DNA from: Actinomycetota bacterium | GTDB taxonomy: Bacteria; Actinomycetota; Acidimicrobiia; IMCC26256; JACDBD01 | Assembly (NCBI GenBank): GCA_046724655.1 | Contig: JBKOWY010000099.1 | Coordinates: 1-56,439 of the forward strand | Direction: 5' to 3' | Length of the DNA: 56,439 nt | Shown here: positions 20,022 through 28,668 of the stretch, piece by piece | Numbering within the stretch: the stretch's first letter is position 1 | How the letters are laid out: every line of letters begins with the position of its first letter | Made by a program: the position numbers and the translations under genes | Notes under the pieces: generated by a model | The model's database searches: none | Seen by the model: only the letters and a program-made list of their open reading frames with translations | What the model was told of the DNA's origin: nothing

Positions 20022-20798
20022 CTATTCGGGTGTCACGTACGCCGCGGAGATGCCGCCGTCGACGACGAGCGCGGTACCGGTCATGAACGACGAATCGTCG
20101 CAGGCGAGGAACAGGGCGGCACGCGCGATCTCTGCCGCCTGCCCCGGACGTCCCATCGGGATATGGACGAGCCGGCTTGCCGCCCACTGCGGGTCGGCCA
20201 TGAGCTCGGCGAGCAGCGGGGTATCGATGGGGCCCGGGCACAAGATGTTGGCGCGGATCCCGCGTCGCGCGTATTCAACCGCGATCTCGCGCGTCATCGC
20301 CAGGACGCCACCTTTGCTCGCGGTGTACGCGATCTGTGGCACGGCTGATCCCATGAGCGCAACGAGCGACGACACGTTGACGATCGACCCTCCGCCCGAC
20401 TCGAGCAAGGCGGGAATCCCGTACCTGCAGCCGAGCCAGACCCCCTTCAGGTTCACGGCCATCACGCGTTCCCACGTCGCCTCGGGTGTATCGAGCGTGC
20501 CGGCGTCCTCGGACGGCATGATGCCGGCGTTGTTGTAGAGCACGTGCAAGCCGCCGAACGTGTCGAGCGCGAATCGCACCATGGATTCCGCCTCGCCGGC
20601 GCCGGACACGTCGGCCTTCACGAACGCGGCGCGCCCACCGGAGTCGCTGATGGCCTCGACCGCAGCCTTCCCTTCGCCTTCGGCGACGTCTGCGATCACG
20701 ACGGAAGCGCCTTCGGCCGCGAACAGCTCGGCCGCGACCCTGCCGATCCCGCCGGCCGCGCCGGTGATCAGCGCCACCTTTCCCTCGAGCCGTCTCAC
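20022..20798 (-). CDS. SDR family oxidoreductase
   Basis: TGAAGGIG, NNAG, QIAYTASKGG, VDGGISAAYVTP. Confidence 0.95.
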   Translation of the reverse strand: MRRLEGKVALITGAAGGIGRVAAELFAAEGASVVIADVAEGEGKAAVEAISDSGGRAAFVKADVSGAGEAESMVRFALDTFGGLHVLYNNAGIMPSEDAGTLDTPEATWERVMAVNLKGVWLGCRYGIPALLESGGGSIVNVSSLVALMGSAVPQIAYTASKGGVLAMTREIAVEYARRGIRANILCPGPIDTPLLAELMADPQWAASRLVHIPMGRPGQAAEIARAALFLACDDSSFMTGTALVVDGGISAAYVTPE

Positions 20799-20819
20799 GC
20801 CGTGTCATCATCCCGCATC

Positions 20820-21716
20820 GTGCAGGTCTCCATCACGATCTCCGGCCTCACGCGTCTGTTCGGCGGCGACCTCGCTGCCATGCTCGACGCCGCGCGGGTC
20901 GCTGACGACGCCGGCATCGACCAGCTCGTGCTGCCCGATCACGTGGTGATGGGGCCTCGCCTCGACCGCTACCCGTTCGGCAAGTTCCCGTATGGGCCCG
21001 AGGAGCCGTGGATCGAACCGCTCACGATGCTCGCCGCTATGGCGGCAGTGACGCGGCGCGTGCGCCTCGCGACGGGAGTGCTCATCACGCCGCTCCGGCC
21101 CGCGGTGTTGCTCGCCAAGACCGCCGCCACGCTCGACGTGCTGTCAGACGGACGGCTCGATCTCGGGGTCGGCACGGGATGGCAACGTGAGGAGTTCGAC
21201 GCGGTGGGAGTGCCGTTCAGCGGACGGACGGCGCGCATGGAGGACACGGTCCGCGCATGCCAGGCGTTGTGGACGCAAGAACCGCCGGTCTCGTTCTCTT
21301 CGCCCACCGTGTCGTTCGAGGACTTGTGGTGCGAGCCCCGTCCCACACAGCAAGGAGGCATTCCGGTGTGGTTCGGGGGCGGTCCGAACGAGGAGACAGC
21401 CCGCCGCGTCGCCGAGCTCGGCGTGGGCTGGATGCCCATCGGTCTGATGCCGCGCGACGAGCTCGCCCGGGCGATTGACCTTTTCCGATCCGCCTTCGAG
21501 AACGCCGGGCGCGACCCAGCCACGCTCGCCGTGCGTGCCGGCATCGCCTCGATCACTGACGACGACCACCACCTCGACCTGGACCGCACCCTCGAGCCCG
21601 TGCCCGACTTCGAAGCCATGGGCGTCACGATGGTGTCGCTCGGCCTGGGGCGCTTCTTGCACGACCCCGATGACGTCACCCAGTTCTTCGCCGACGTGGG
21701 CGCGGCGTTCGCGTGA
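20820..21716 (+). CDS. LLM class, probable F420-dependent oxidoreductase
   Basis: LPDHVV, LAKTAATLDVLSDGRLDLGVGTGW.REEF, PVWFGG; GTG 20820 inferred. Confidence 0.9.
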   Translation: MQVSITISGLTRLFGGDLAAMLDAARVADDAGIDQLVLPDHVVMGPRLDRYPFGKFPYGPEEPWIEPLTMLAAMAAVTRRVRLATGVLITPLRPAVLLAKTAATLDVLSDGRLDLGVGTGWQREEFDAVGVPFSGRTARMEDTVRACQALWTQEPPVSFSSPTVSFEDLWCEPRPTQQGGIPVWFGGGPNEETARRVAELGVGWMPIGLMPRDELARAIDLFRSAFENAGRDPATLAVRAGIASITDDDHHLDLDRTLEPVPDFEAMGVTMVSLGLGRFLHDPDDVTQFFADVGAAFA

Positions 21717-21741
21717 ACATTCGGCCGTAAGCTCGAATTCG

Positions 21742-23250
21742 GTGTTCTGCCTCCGTCGTCCGACTGTTCTCGCGTTCGCGTTCGCGCTCGCGCTGGTCGG
21801 AGTCTCCGCCGTCGCGCCTGGCAGCTCGGCCGGGGCGGCGGTGTCGCATGCGACGAAATCAGCCGTCGGAAAGCCGTCGCTCGAGCTCGACTGGAAGGGC
21901 TGCGGAGACGAGGGCGAATGCGCTCAGCTCACGGTGCCGCTCGACTATCAACGCCCGGACAACGGCCAGACTTTGAAGGTCGCGCTCTTCCGTCTCCGTG
22001 CCACTGACCGGAAGCACCGGATCGGATCGTTGCTCATGAACCCGGGAGGCCCCGGCGCGCCGGGCGCCGAGTTCGTTCGCAGCATCGAGAGTGTCCTTCC
22101 CGACGAGATCCGGAAGCGCTTCGACGTCATAGGATTCGACCCGCGCGGGAGTGGTGAGACGCACCCGGTGAAGTGTCGCGACAACCTCGACGACGTGTTC
22201 ACCCTCGACTACTCGCCCGATACGGCGGATGAGCGCGCCCGCCTCGACGCCGGATTGCAGCAGCTCGCGCAGTCGTGCGAGCAGCGCAGCGGCGACGTGC
22301 TGCGCTATGTGTCGAGCGAGAACACGGCCCGTGACATGGATCGCATCCGCAGGGCCGTCGGTGACAAGGCGCTCACCTACGTCGGCTACTCCTACGGAAC
22401 GTACATCGGGACCCTGTACGCCGAGCTCTTCCCGAAGAAGGTGCGAGCGCTCGTCTTCGACGGCGCTCTCGACCCGAACCTCACCGGCGTCGATCTGGCC
22501 TTGCAGCAGGCCGTTGGGTTCGAACGGTCGCTCGACGCGTTCCTCGCCCAGTGCTCGCGGAACAACCGATGCCCGTTCTACAACGCAGGCGATTCCGCCG
22601 GAGCGTTCGACCGCCTGATGGCGCAGGTCGACGCGCAACCGCTTCCCGGACGCAATAGCCGAGTACTCGGCGGGGGAGAGTTCGATCTGGCCGTCGCGCA
22701 AGCCTTGTACGCAGGGGACGCGGGATATGCGCAACTGGAACAGGCGCTGGCCGCCGCGCAACGGGGCGACGGCGACAGGATGCTCCGGCTCGCCGACGAG
22801 TACACCGGTCGTCGACGGGACGGCACATACGACTCGAGTCAGCCCGCGTACTGGGCGATCGGATGCCTCGACGGGCCCGTCATCGGCGGACCCGACGCCT
22901 TTCAGGCTGCGGAAGCCCGGTTCCGCGCCGCCGCGCCGCGCATCGGTGTGCCGCTGCTCAATGCCGGTCTGATCTGCGCGTACTGGCCCGTGCCCCCCGA
23001 GCCGAGCCCGGCTCCGGTCCAGATCGACGGCACACCCCCGATCCTCGTCATCGGCACCACCCACGACCCGGCTACCCCGTTGCAGTGGGCCGAGGGCCTT
23101 GCCGGCGAGATCTCGTCCGGGGTGCTGCTGACCGCCGAGGGCACGCAGCACACGTCGTTCCTGCTCGCCGACAACACGTGCGTCGACGGCAAGGTCATCA
23201 AGTACCTCCTCGATCGCACACCCCCGTCCAACCAGACGAAGTGCGGCTGA
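21742..23250 (+). CDS. Secreted alpha/beta hydrolase (TAP-like peptidase)
   Basis: Signal peptide, VPLDY, NPGGPG, DPRG, GYSYG, DPATP, QHT; leaderless GTG after taagct. Confidence 0.92.
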   Translation: MFCLRRPTVLAFAFALALVGVSAVAPGSSAGAAVSHATKSAVGKPSLELDWKGCGDEGECAQLTVPLDYQRPDNGQTLKVALFRLRATDRKHRIGSLLMNPGGPGAPGAEFVRSIESVLPDEIRKRFDVIGFDPRGSGETHPVKCRDNLDDVFTLDYSPDTADERARLDAGLQQLAQSCEQRSGDVLRYVSSENTARDMDRIRRAVGDKALTYVGYSYGTYIGTLYAELFPKKVRALVFDGALDPNLTGVDLALQQAVGFERSLDAFLAQCSRNNRCPFYNAGDSAGAFDRLMAQVDAQPLPGRNSRVLGGGEFDLAVAQALYAGDAGYAQLEQALAAAQRGDGDRMLRLADEYTGRRRDGTYDSSQPAYWAIGCLDGPVIGGPDAFQAAEARFRAAAPRIGVPLLNAGLICAYWPVPPEPSPAPVQIDGTPPILVIGTTHDPATPLQWAEGLAGEISSGVLLTAEGTQHTSFLLADNTCVDGKVIKYLLDRTPPSNQTKCG

Positions 23251-23277
23251 GGGCGCGCCTTCCCCGCCCCAACTAGA

Positions 23278-23296
23278 ATCTGACGACCCGTCAGAT
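23278..23296. promoter_or_regulatory. Palindromic operator atctgacg-acc-cgtcagat overlapping a tagaat -10 box
   Basis: 8-bp perfect arms, 24 nt upstream of the amidohydrolase-ACAD operon. Confidence 0.7.
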
Positions 23297-23320
23297 CACC
23301 TGCGCCCGGAGGACCGTCGC

Positions 23321-24547
23321 GTGGCCGACGACTTCCCGAAGATCGTCAGCGTCGACGACCACGTCGTCGAGCCGCGGCACGTCTGGGAGACGTGGCTTCC
23401 CGAGAGGTACCGCGAAGCCGGGCCCCGGGTCGAGCGGCGCGGCATCGGTCACATGAAGCACGTCGGCGGGGGGACGTACGAGCAGACCTTCGACCCCGAG
23501 GGTCCGCAGGCCGACTGCTGGGTCTACGAGGACCTCGTCTACATCCACAAGCGCCACGTCGCCGCCGTCGGCTACAGCCGTGACGAGATGACGATGTCGC
23601 CGATGACCTACGACGAGATGCGCCCGGGCTGCTACGAGCCCAAGGCACGCGTCGACGACATGGAGCTGAACTGGGTCGAGGCATCGCTCTCGTTCCCGAC
23701 CTTCCCCCGCTTCTGCGGGCAGACCTTCCTCGAAGCCAAGGACCGCGAGCTCGCCGAGGCGTGCGTGTACGCGTACAACGACTGGATGGTCGAAGAGTGG
23801 TGCGGCGACAGCGGTGGCCGCCTCATCCCGCTCCCGATCATCCCGCTCTGGGACGCCGACCTGGCCGCCGCGGAGGTGCGCCGCAACGCGCAGCGCGGGG
23901 CGCGGGCGGTGTGCTTCAGCGAGATCCCACCCGCGCTGGGTCTGCCGAGCATTCACAGCGGCGAATGGGATCCCTTCTTCGCCGCGTGCGAAGAGACGGG
24001 CACGGTCGTGTGCATGCACATCGGGTCGTCGTCGAAGATGCCGGCGACGTCCGCCGACGCGCCGGTCGCCGTCGCAGCCACGCTCAGCTTCGGCAACGCG
24101 ATGTCGTCGCTCACCGACTTCCTGTTCTCGGGCGTGCTCGTGCGGTTCCCGAGGCTGAAGCTCGCTTACAGCGAGGGGCAGATCGGCTGGATCCCATACA
24201 TCCTCGAGCGAGCGGACGACGTGTGGCTCGAGCACCGGGCCTGGGGCGGCGTGCGCGACATCGTGCCCGAGCCGCCGTCCACCTACTACTACCGCCAGGT
24301 GTTCGGCTGCTTCTTCCGCGACCGGCACGGCGTCGCGTCCCTCGAGACCGTGGGTGTCGACAACACGACGTTCGAGACCGACTACCCGCACACCGACTCG
24401 ACGTGGCCGGACACGAAGCAGGTCGCCCAGGAGCTCATGGCGGGGCTTCCCGACGACGTCGTGTACAAGCTCGTGCGCGGCAACGCGATTCGCATGCTCG
24501 AGCTGGAGCTCGACGGCCGGCTCCGCGACACCGCGGCGGCGGGCTAG
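23321..24547 (+). CDS. Amidohydrolase_2 family protein
   Basis: SVDDHVVEP, AYNDW, MHIGS, FETDYPH. Confidence 0.95.
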   Translation: MADDFPKIVSVDDHVVEPRHVWETWLPERYREAGPRVERRGIGHMKHVGGGTYEQTFDPEGPQADCWVYEDLVYIHKRHVAAVGYSRDEMTMSPMTYDEMRPGCYEPKARVDDMELNWVEASLSFPTFPRFCGQTFLEAKDRELAEACVYAYNDWMVEEWCGDSGGRLIPLPIIPLWDADLAAAEVRRNAQRGARAVCFSEIPPALGLPSIHSGEWDPFFAACEETGTVVCMHIGSSSKMPATSADAPVAVAATLSFGNAMSSLTDFLFSGVLVRFPRLKLAYSEGQIGWIPYILERADDVWLEHRAWGGVRDIVPEPPSTYYYRQVFGCFFRDRHGVASLETVGVDNTTFETDYPHTDSTWPDTKQVAQELMAGLPDDVVYKLVRGNAIRMLELELDGRLRDTAAAG

Positions 24548-24564
24548 CCGGCCGGCGCGGCATC

Positions 24565-25713
24565 GTGGACCTCCGGTACTCCGACTCCGACGAAGCATTC
24601 CGCGCCGAGCTCCGCGACTGGCTCGAGCGCACGCTGCCCGAGCTCCCGCCCCATCCCGCGTGGACCGACTGGGCCGGCCGGCGGCGCTTCGACACGGACT
24701 GGCAGCATCGTCTCTTCGACGCCGGGTACGCGGGGATCAACTGGCCCCGGGCGTACGGCGGTCGCGACGCGTCGCCGTCGGAGCAGCTCGTCTACCTCGA
24801 GGAGACGACTCGGGCCCGTGCGCCGTACGTCGGCGTGAACTTCGTCGGGTCGCTCCACGCCGGGCCGACGATCATGACCGAGGGCAGCGAGGAGCAGAAG
24901 CGCCGGTACCTGCCGCCGATCCTTCGCGGCGACGAGGTGTGGTGCCAGGGCTTCTCGGAGCCGGGTGCCGGGTCCGACCTCGCGTCGCTCCGCACCCGAG
25001 CCGTGCGCGACGGCGACCACTACGTCGTCAACGGTCAGAAGATCTGGTGCTCGTTCGCGCACATCGCTGACTACGGCGAGCTCCTGGTGCGCACGGATCC
25101 TGACGCGCCGAAGCACGGTGGCATCAGCTGGCTGATCCTGCCCATGGACACGCCAGGCATCGACGTACGCCCCATCGACACCGTGCTGGGTTCCTCGGAG
25201 TTCTGCGAGGTATTCCTCGACGACGTTCGCGTCCCGGTGACGAATCGCGTCGGTGCGGAGAACGACGGCTGGCGCATCACGCAGGTCACCTTCGCGTTCG
25301 AGCGGGGAACGGCATTCGTGAGCGAGCTCGTCGAGGCACGACGGATGGCCGAGGACCTCGCTGCGTCGACGAGCGATCCCGCGCACCGTCACGAGCTCGG
25401 GCATGTCGTCGCCGAGCTCGACGCCGTGTGGGCCCTCACCAAACGCAACGTGTCGCGCGCCGCCCGCACCGGCTCGCCGGGCGACGGCGCCCTCATGGTC
25501 AAGCTCGCGTACTCGGAGAGCCGCCAGCGGCTCGGCGACCTGTCCGTGCGCGTCCTAGACCGCAGCGCGTTGGACGTCGACAACGAATTCGTGGTCGAGC
25601 GGTTGCGCACCATTGCGCTCACGATCGCGGCGGGCACGTCGCAGATCCAACGCAACATCATCAGCGAGCGGCTGCTCGGATTGCCCAGGGAGCAAGCGTG
25701 GACTTCGACCTGA
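24565..25713 (+). CDS. Acyl-CoA dehydrogenase (catalytic-type subunit)
   Basis: WCQGFSEPGAGSDLASL, NGQKIW, FAFERG, TIAAGTSQIQRNII; GTG 24565 inferred. Confidence 0.93.
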   Translation: MDLRYSDSDEAFRAELRDWLERTLPELPPHPAWTDWAGRRRFDTDWQHRLFDAGYAGINWPRAYGGRDASPSEQLVYLEETTRARAPYVGVNFVGSLHAGPTIMTEGSEEQKRRYLPPILRGDEVWCQGFSEPGAGSDLASLRTRAVRDGDHYVVNGQKIWCSFAHIADYGELLVRTDPDAPKHGGISWLILPMDTPGIDVRPIDTVLGSSEFCEVFLDDVRVPVTNRVGAENDGWRITQVTFAFERGTAFVSELVEARRMAEDLAASTSDPAHRHELGHVVAELDAVWALTKRNVSRAARTGSPGDGALMVKLAYSESRQRLGDLSVRVLDRSALDVDNEFVVERLRTIALTIAAGTSQIQRNIISERLLGLPREQAWTST

Positions 25714-26633
25714 GCGCCGACCAGGTCGCGCTGCGCGACGGGATCCGCAGCCTGTGCGAGGGCCGCTTCCCGATCAAGCGGGTACGTGAAGGGTTCGATC
25801 GATCGGCCCACGCCGAACTCGCCGAGGCCGGCGTCTTCTCGCTGCGCTCCGACGGGTTCGGAGTCGCCGACGCCGCCGTCGTGTTCGAGGAGCTGGGGCG
25901 AACGGCCGTGCCGGGGCCGCTGGTATGGGCCTACCTCGCGCACGGCGTCGTCGACGGGATCGTCGGCGGGCTCGAAGTCGCGCATCGTCAACCGCCGTGG
26001 ATGATCGAGCACCTCGACGTGCTCGACACCCTGCTCGTCGTGGACGAGAACGGCGTCCGCGCCGTGCCGGCCGGCAAGATCGCCGGCGCCGATCCGGTGA
26101 AACGCCCGCTCGACCCGTTGACGCCCGTCCACCGCGTCGACGACCTGCCGGCCGGCGAGCCGGTCGGCGGTGACGAGCTCCTCGCGCGCTGGCGGCTCGA
26201 AGGCCCCGTCGTGACGGCGGCGTTCCTCGTCGGCGCAGCCCAGGCGTGCACCGACCTGTCGGTCGCCTACGCCAAGGAACGGCGACAGTTCGACCGCCCG
26301 ATCGGGTCGTTCCAGGCGATCAAGCATCTGCTCGCCGACATGCTCGTGCGCACCGAGGTCGCGCGCGCATCGGTCCACGCCGCCGCGTGCACGCTCGACG
26401 ACCCCGATGTCGGCGACGTCGCCCGCGCCGTCGCCGCCGCCAAGATGCTGGCGGGCGAGACCGCGATCGCGAACGGCAAGACCGCCACCCAGGTGCACGG
26501 CGGGATGGGTTTCACCTGGGAGGTCGACGTCCACCTCTACCTAAAGCGGGCGTGGGTGCTCGACACCGTGTTCGGCTCCGTCGACGAGCACGCCGACGCG
26601 GTGGCCGCGACCGTCACGAACGCTCGGCAATGA
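25698..26633 (+). CDS. Acyl-CoA dehydrogenase (short partner subunit)
   Basis: MDFDLSADQ, YAKERRQFDRPIGSFQAIKH, QVHGGMGFTWE. Confidence 0.92.
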   Translation: MDFDLSADQVALRDGIRSLCEGRFPIKRVREGFDRSAHAELAEAGVFSLRSDGFGVADAAVVFEELGRTAVPGPLVWAYLAHGVVDGIVGGLEVAHRQPPWMIEHLDVLDTLLVVDENGVRAVPAGKIAGADPVKRPLDPLTPVHRVDDLPAGEPVGGDELLARWRLEGPVVTAAFLVGAAQACTDLSVAYAKERRQFDRPIGSFQAIKHLLADMLVRTEVARASVHAAACTLDDPDVGDVARAVAAAKMLAGETAIANGKTATQVHGGMGFTWEVDVHLYLKRAWVLDTVFGSVDEHADAVAATVTNARQ

Positions 26634-28147
26634 CCGACTGGGACCCGCTGCTCAAGGACCTGCAGCAGCGGCGCGACACGGCGCGCGCGATGGGCGGTAC
26701 CGAGCGGCTCGAGCGCCACCGCGCCGGAGGCCGGCTCGACGCGCGAGCGCGCGTCGAGCGACTCCTCGACCCCGGCACGTTCATCGAGCTCGGCGCCCTG
26801 GTCGGCTCCGTGCACCGCGGCGTCGTGCCACCAGTTCCGGCTGACGGGCTCGTCGCTGGGCACGGCGTGATCGACGGCCGGCCCGTCCTCGTCGGCGCCG
26901 AGGACTTCACCGTGATGGGCGGCTCGATCGGCTTGGGTACCACCGCCAAGCGGCAGCGGCTCGCCGAGCTCGCCGGGCAGGAGCGGGTGCCGCTCGTCAT
27001 GCTGCTCGAAGGCGCGGGCGAACGCGCCCAGAACGCCTTCGAACGGCGGGGGCGCGCTCCGAACGACCTCCAGACGCTCGCGCAGATCTCGGGGCTCGTA
27101 CCGACCGTCGCGGTCGTCATGGGCGCCTCGGCCGGGCACGGCGCGCTCACGGCGCCGCTCATGGACTTCGTGGTGATGGTCGGGGGCGCATCACTGTTCT
27201 CGGCCGGACCGCCGCTGGTGAAGGAGGCGACTGGCGAGGACGTGACCAAGGACGAGCTCGGTGGCGCCGCCGTGCACACGACGGTGAGCGGTGTGGCGCA
27301 CAACGCGGCGGAAGACGATGTCGCCGCGCTCGACCTCGTTCGCCGGTACCTCTTGTACTTCCCGTCGAACGCGTGGCAGTACCCGCCCGCGTCCAGCACA
27401 GCGGCCGACATGGGGCCGCGTGACCTCGACGGGCTCACCGACCTGATCCCGGCCGACCCCCGACGTGGCTACGACATCCGGCCGGTCGTCGAGCTCGTCG
27501 CTGACCGCGACTCCGTGCTCGAGATCGAGCCGGCATTCGGTCGTCCGGTTATGACCGCGCTGGCGCGCCTCGGGGGAGAGCCGGTCGCGATCGTGGCGAA
27601 CCAGCCTGCCGCCAAGGCCGGCGCCATCGACAGTGACGCGGCCGACAAGGCCGCGCACTTCCTGGAGGTCGCCGCCGCCTTCCATCTGCCGGCCGTGTTC
27701 CTGGCGGACAACCCGGGCGTCCTCGCCGGCACCGCGGCCGAACGCAGCGGCGTCCTCCGTCACGCGGCGCGCATGTTCGCCGCGCAGGCGCGCATGCAGT
27801 CACGGAAGTTCCACGTCACGCTGCGCAAGGCCTACGGGTTCGGCAGCTCACTCATGGCCATGAACCCGTTCGATCGCCAAGCCGTCACGCTCGCGTTCCC
27901 GGGCGCACGGCTCGGCGCCATGCCGGCCACGGGTGGGGGCGCGGCGGCGGGCGTCGACGGCGACGCCCAGCAGCTGCTCGACCACGCCGAGCTCGGCGGC
28001 GTGTACTCGTCCGCCGACACGATGAGCTACGACGACGTGATAGAGCCGCGCGAGCTGCGCAACGCGTTGCTCGCGGCGCTGCGACTGACGTCGGCACGTC
28101 GATCCGAGCCGGCACGCCCCGCCCGCCATCACGGCATCCGCCCGTAA
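26630..28147 (+). CDS. Acyl-CoA carboxylase carboxyltransferase subunit
   Basis: AMGG.ER..R, DFTVMGGS, GPPLVK.ATGE, ELGG..VH, DNPG, RKAYG. Confidence 0.92.
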   Translation: MTDWDPLLKDLQQRRDTARAMGGTERLERHRAGGRLDARARVERLLDPGTFIELGALVGSVHRGVVPPVPADGLVAGHGVIDGRPVLVGAEDFTVMGGSIGLGTTAKRQRLAELAGQERVPLVMLLEGAGERAQNAFERRGRAPNDLQTLAQISGLVPTVAVVMGASAGHGALTAPLMDFVVMVGGASLFSAGPPLVKEATGEDVTKDELGGAAVHTTVSGVAHNAAEDDVAALDLVRRYLLYFPSNAWQYPPASSTAADMGPRDLDGLTDLIPADPRRGYDIRPVVELVADRDSVLEIEPAFGRPVMTALARLGGEPVAIVANQPAAKAGAIDSDAADKAAHFLEVAAAFHLPAVFLADNPGVLAGTAAERSGVLRHAARMFAAQARMQSRKFHVTLRKAYGFGSSLMAMNPFDRQAVTLAFPGARLGAMPATGGGAAAGVDGDAQQLLDHAELGGVYSSADTMSYDDVIEPRELRNALLAALRLTSARRSEPARPARHHGIRP

Positions 28148-28156
28148 GCATCACGA

Positions 28157-28195
28157 TGCGTATCTGACCGTCGCTATGCGACGGTCAGATACGCA
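28157..28195. terminator. Perfect 18-bp-stem hairpin between convergent genes (terminator or REP-like)
   Basis: tgcgtatctgaccgtcgc-tat-gcgacggtcagatacgca; contains the stop codon of the OsmC gene. Confidence 0.75.
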
Positions 28196-28643
28196 CCACC
28201 TCGGGCTCGACCACCACGTCGGTCTCGAGGCTGTTGGCGATGAAGCACTCGCGGTGGCCGACCTCAACGAGGTGGCGAACGCGGTCCACACTCACGTCGC
28301 CGCGCACCGTGATGCGAGGGCGCAGCGTGATCCGGGTGAGGCGCATCAGCTGCTCGTCCTCGGGCATCTCGCCTGCGGCGTCGTCCTGGTAGTCGACGAC
28401 GTCGATACGCGCGCGGGCCGCGACCGCGAGGAACGACAGCAGCTGACACGAAGCCGCCGCCATGACCAGCAGCTGCTCGGGGTTGAGGAGCGCCGCTGTA
28501 CCGCGGAACACCGGATCGCTCGATAGTTGCAGCGTCGCGTCGGCCGGCGGCGCGCGCGACTCGTGCGACCGGTCGTAGGCCTCGTATCCCGCGCCGGTCG
28601 ACCCGTGCCAGGCGCACGAGACGTGGTAGCGGTGGGTGCCGAT
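28185..28643 (-). CDS. OsmC/Ohr family protein
   Basis: HRY.....W.GSTG.GY..YDRSH, SSDPVFRG, NPEQLL..AASC, HRECFIANS; predicted start is ATC. Confidence 0.88.
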   Translation of the reverse strand: MGTHRYHVSCAWHGSTGAGYEAYDRSHESRAPPADATLQLSSDPVFRGTAALLNPEQLLVMAAASCQLLSFLAVAARARIDVVDYQDDAAGEMPEDEQLMRLTRITLRPRITVRGDVSVDRVRHLVEVGHRECFIANSLETDVVVEPEVVRI

Positions 28644-28668
28644 GGATGTGACGCTACTGTCAGGTCCC

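Noticed and set aside
23761-24564. Apparent 650-aa ACAD with a long N-terminal extension
   Set aside because: The extension is an off-frame read of the amidohydrolase gene; the real start is GTG 24565
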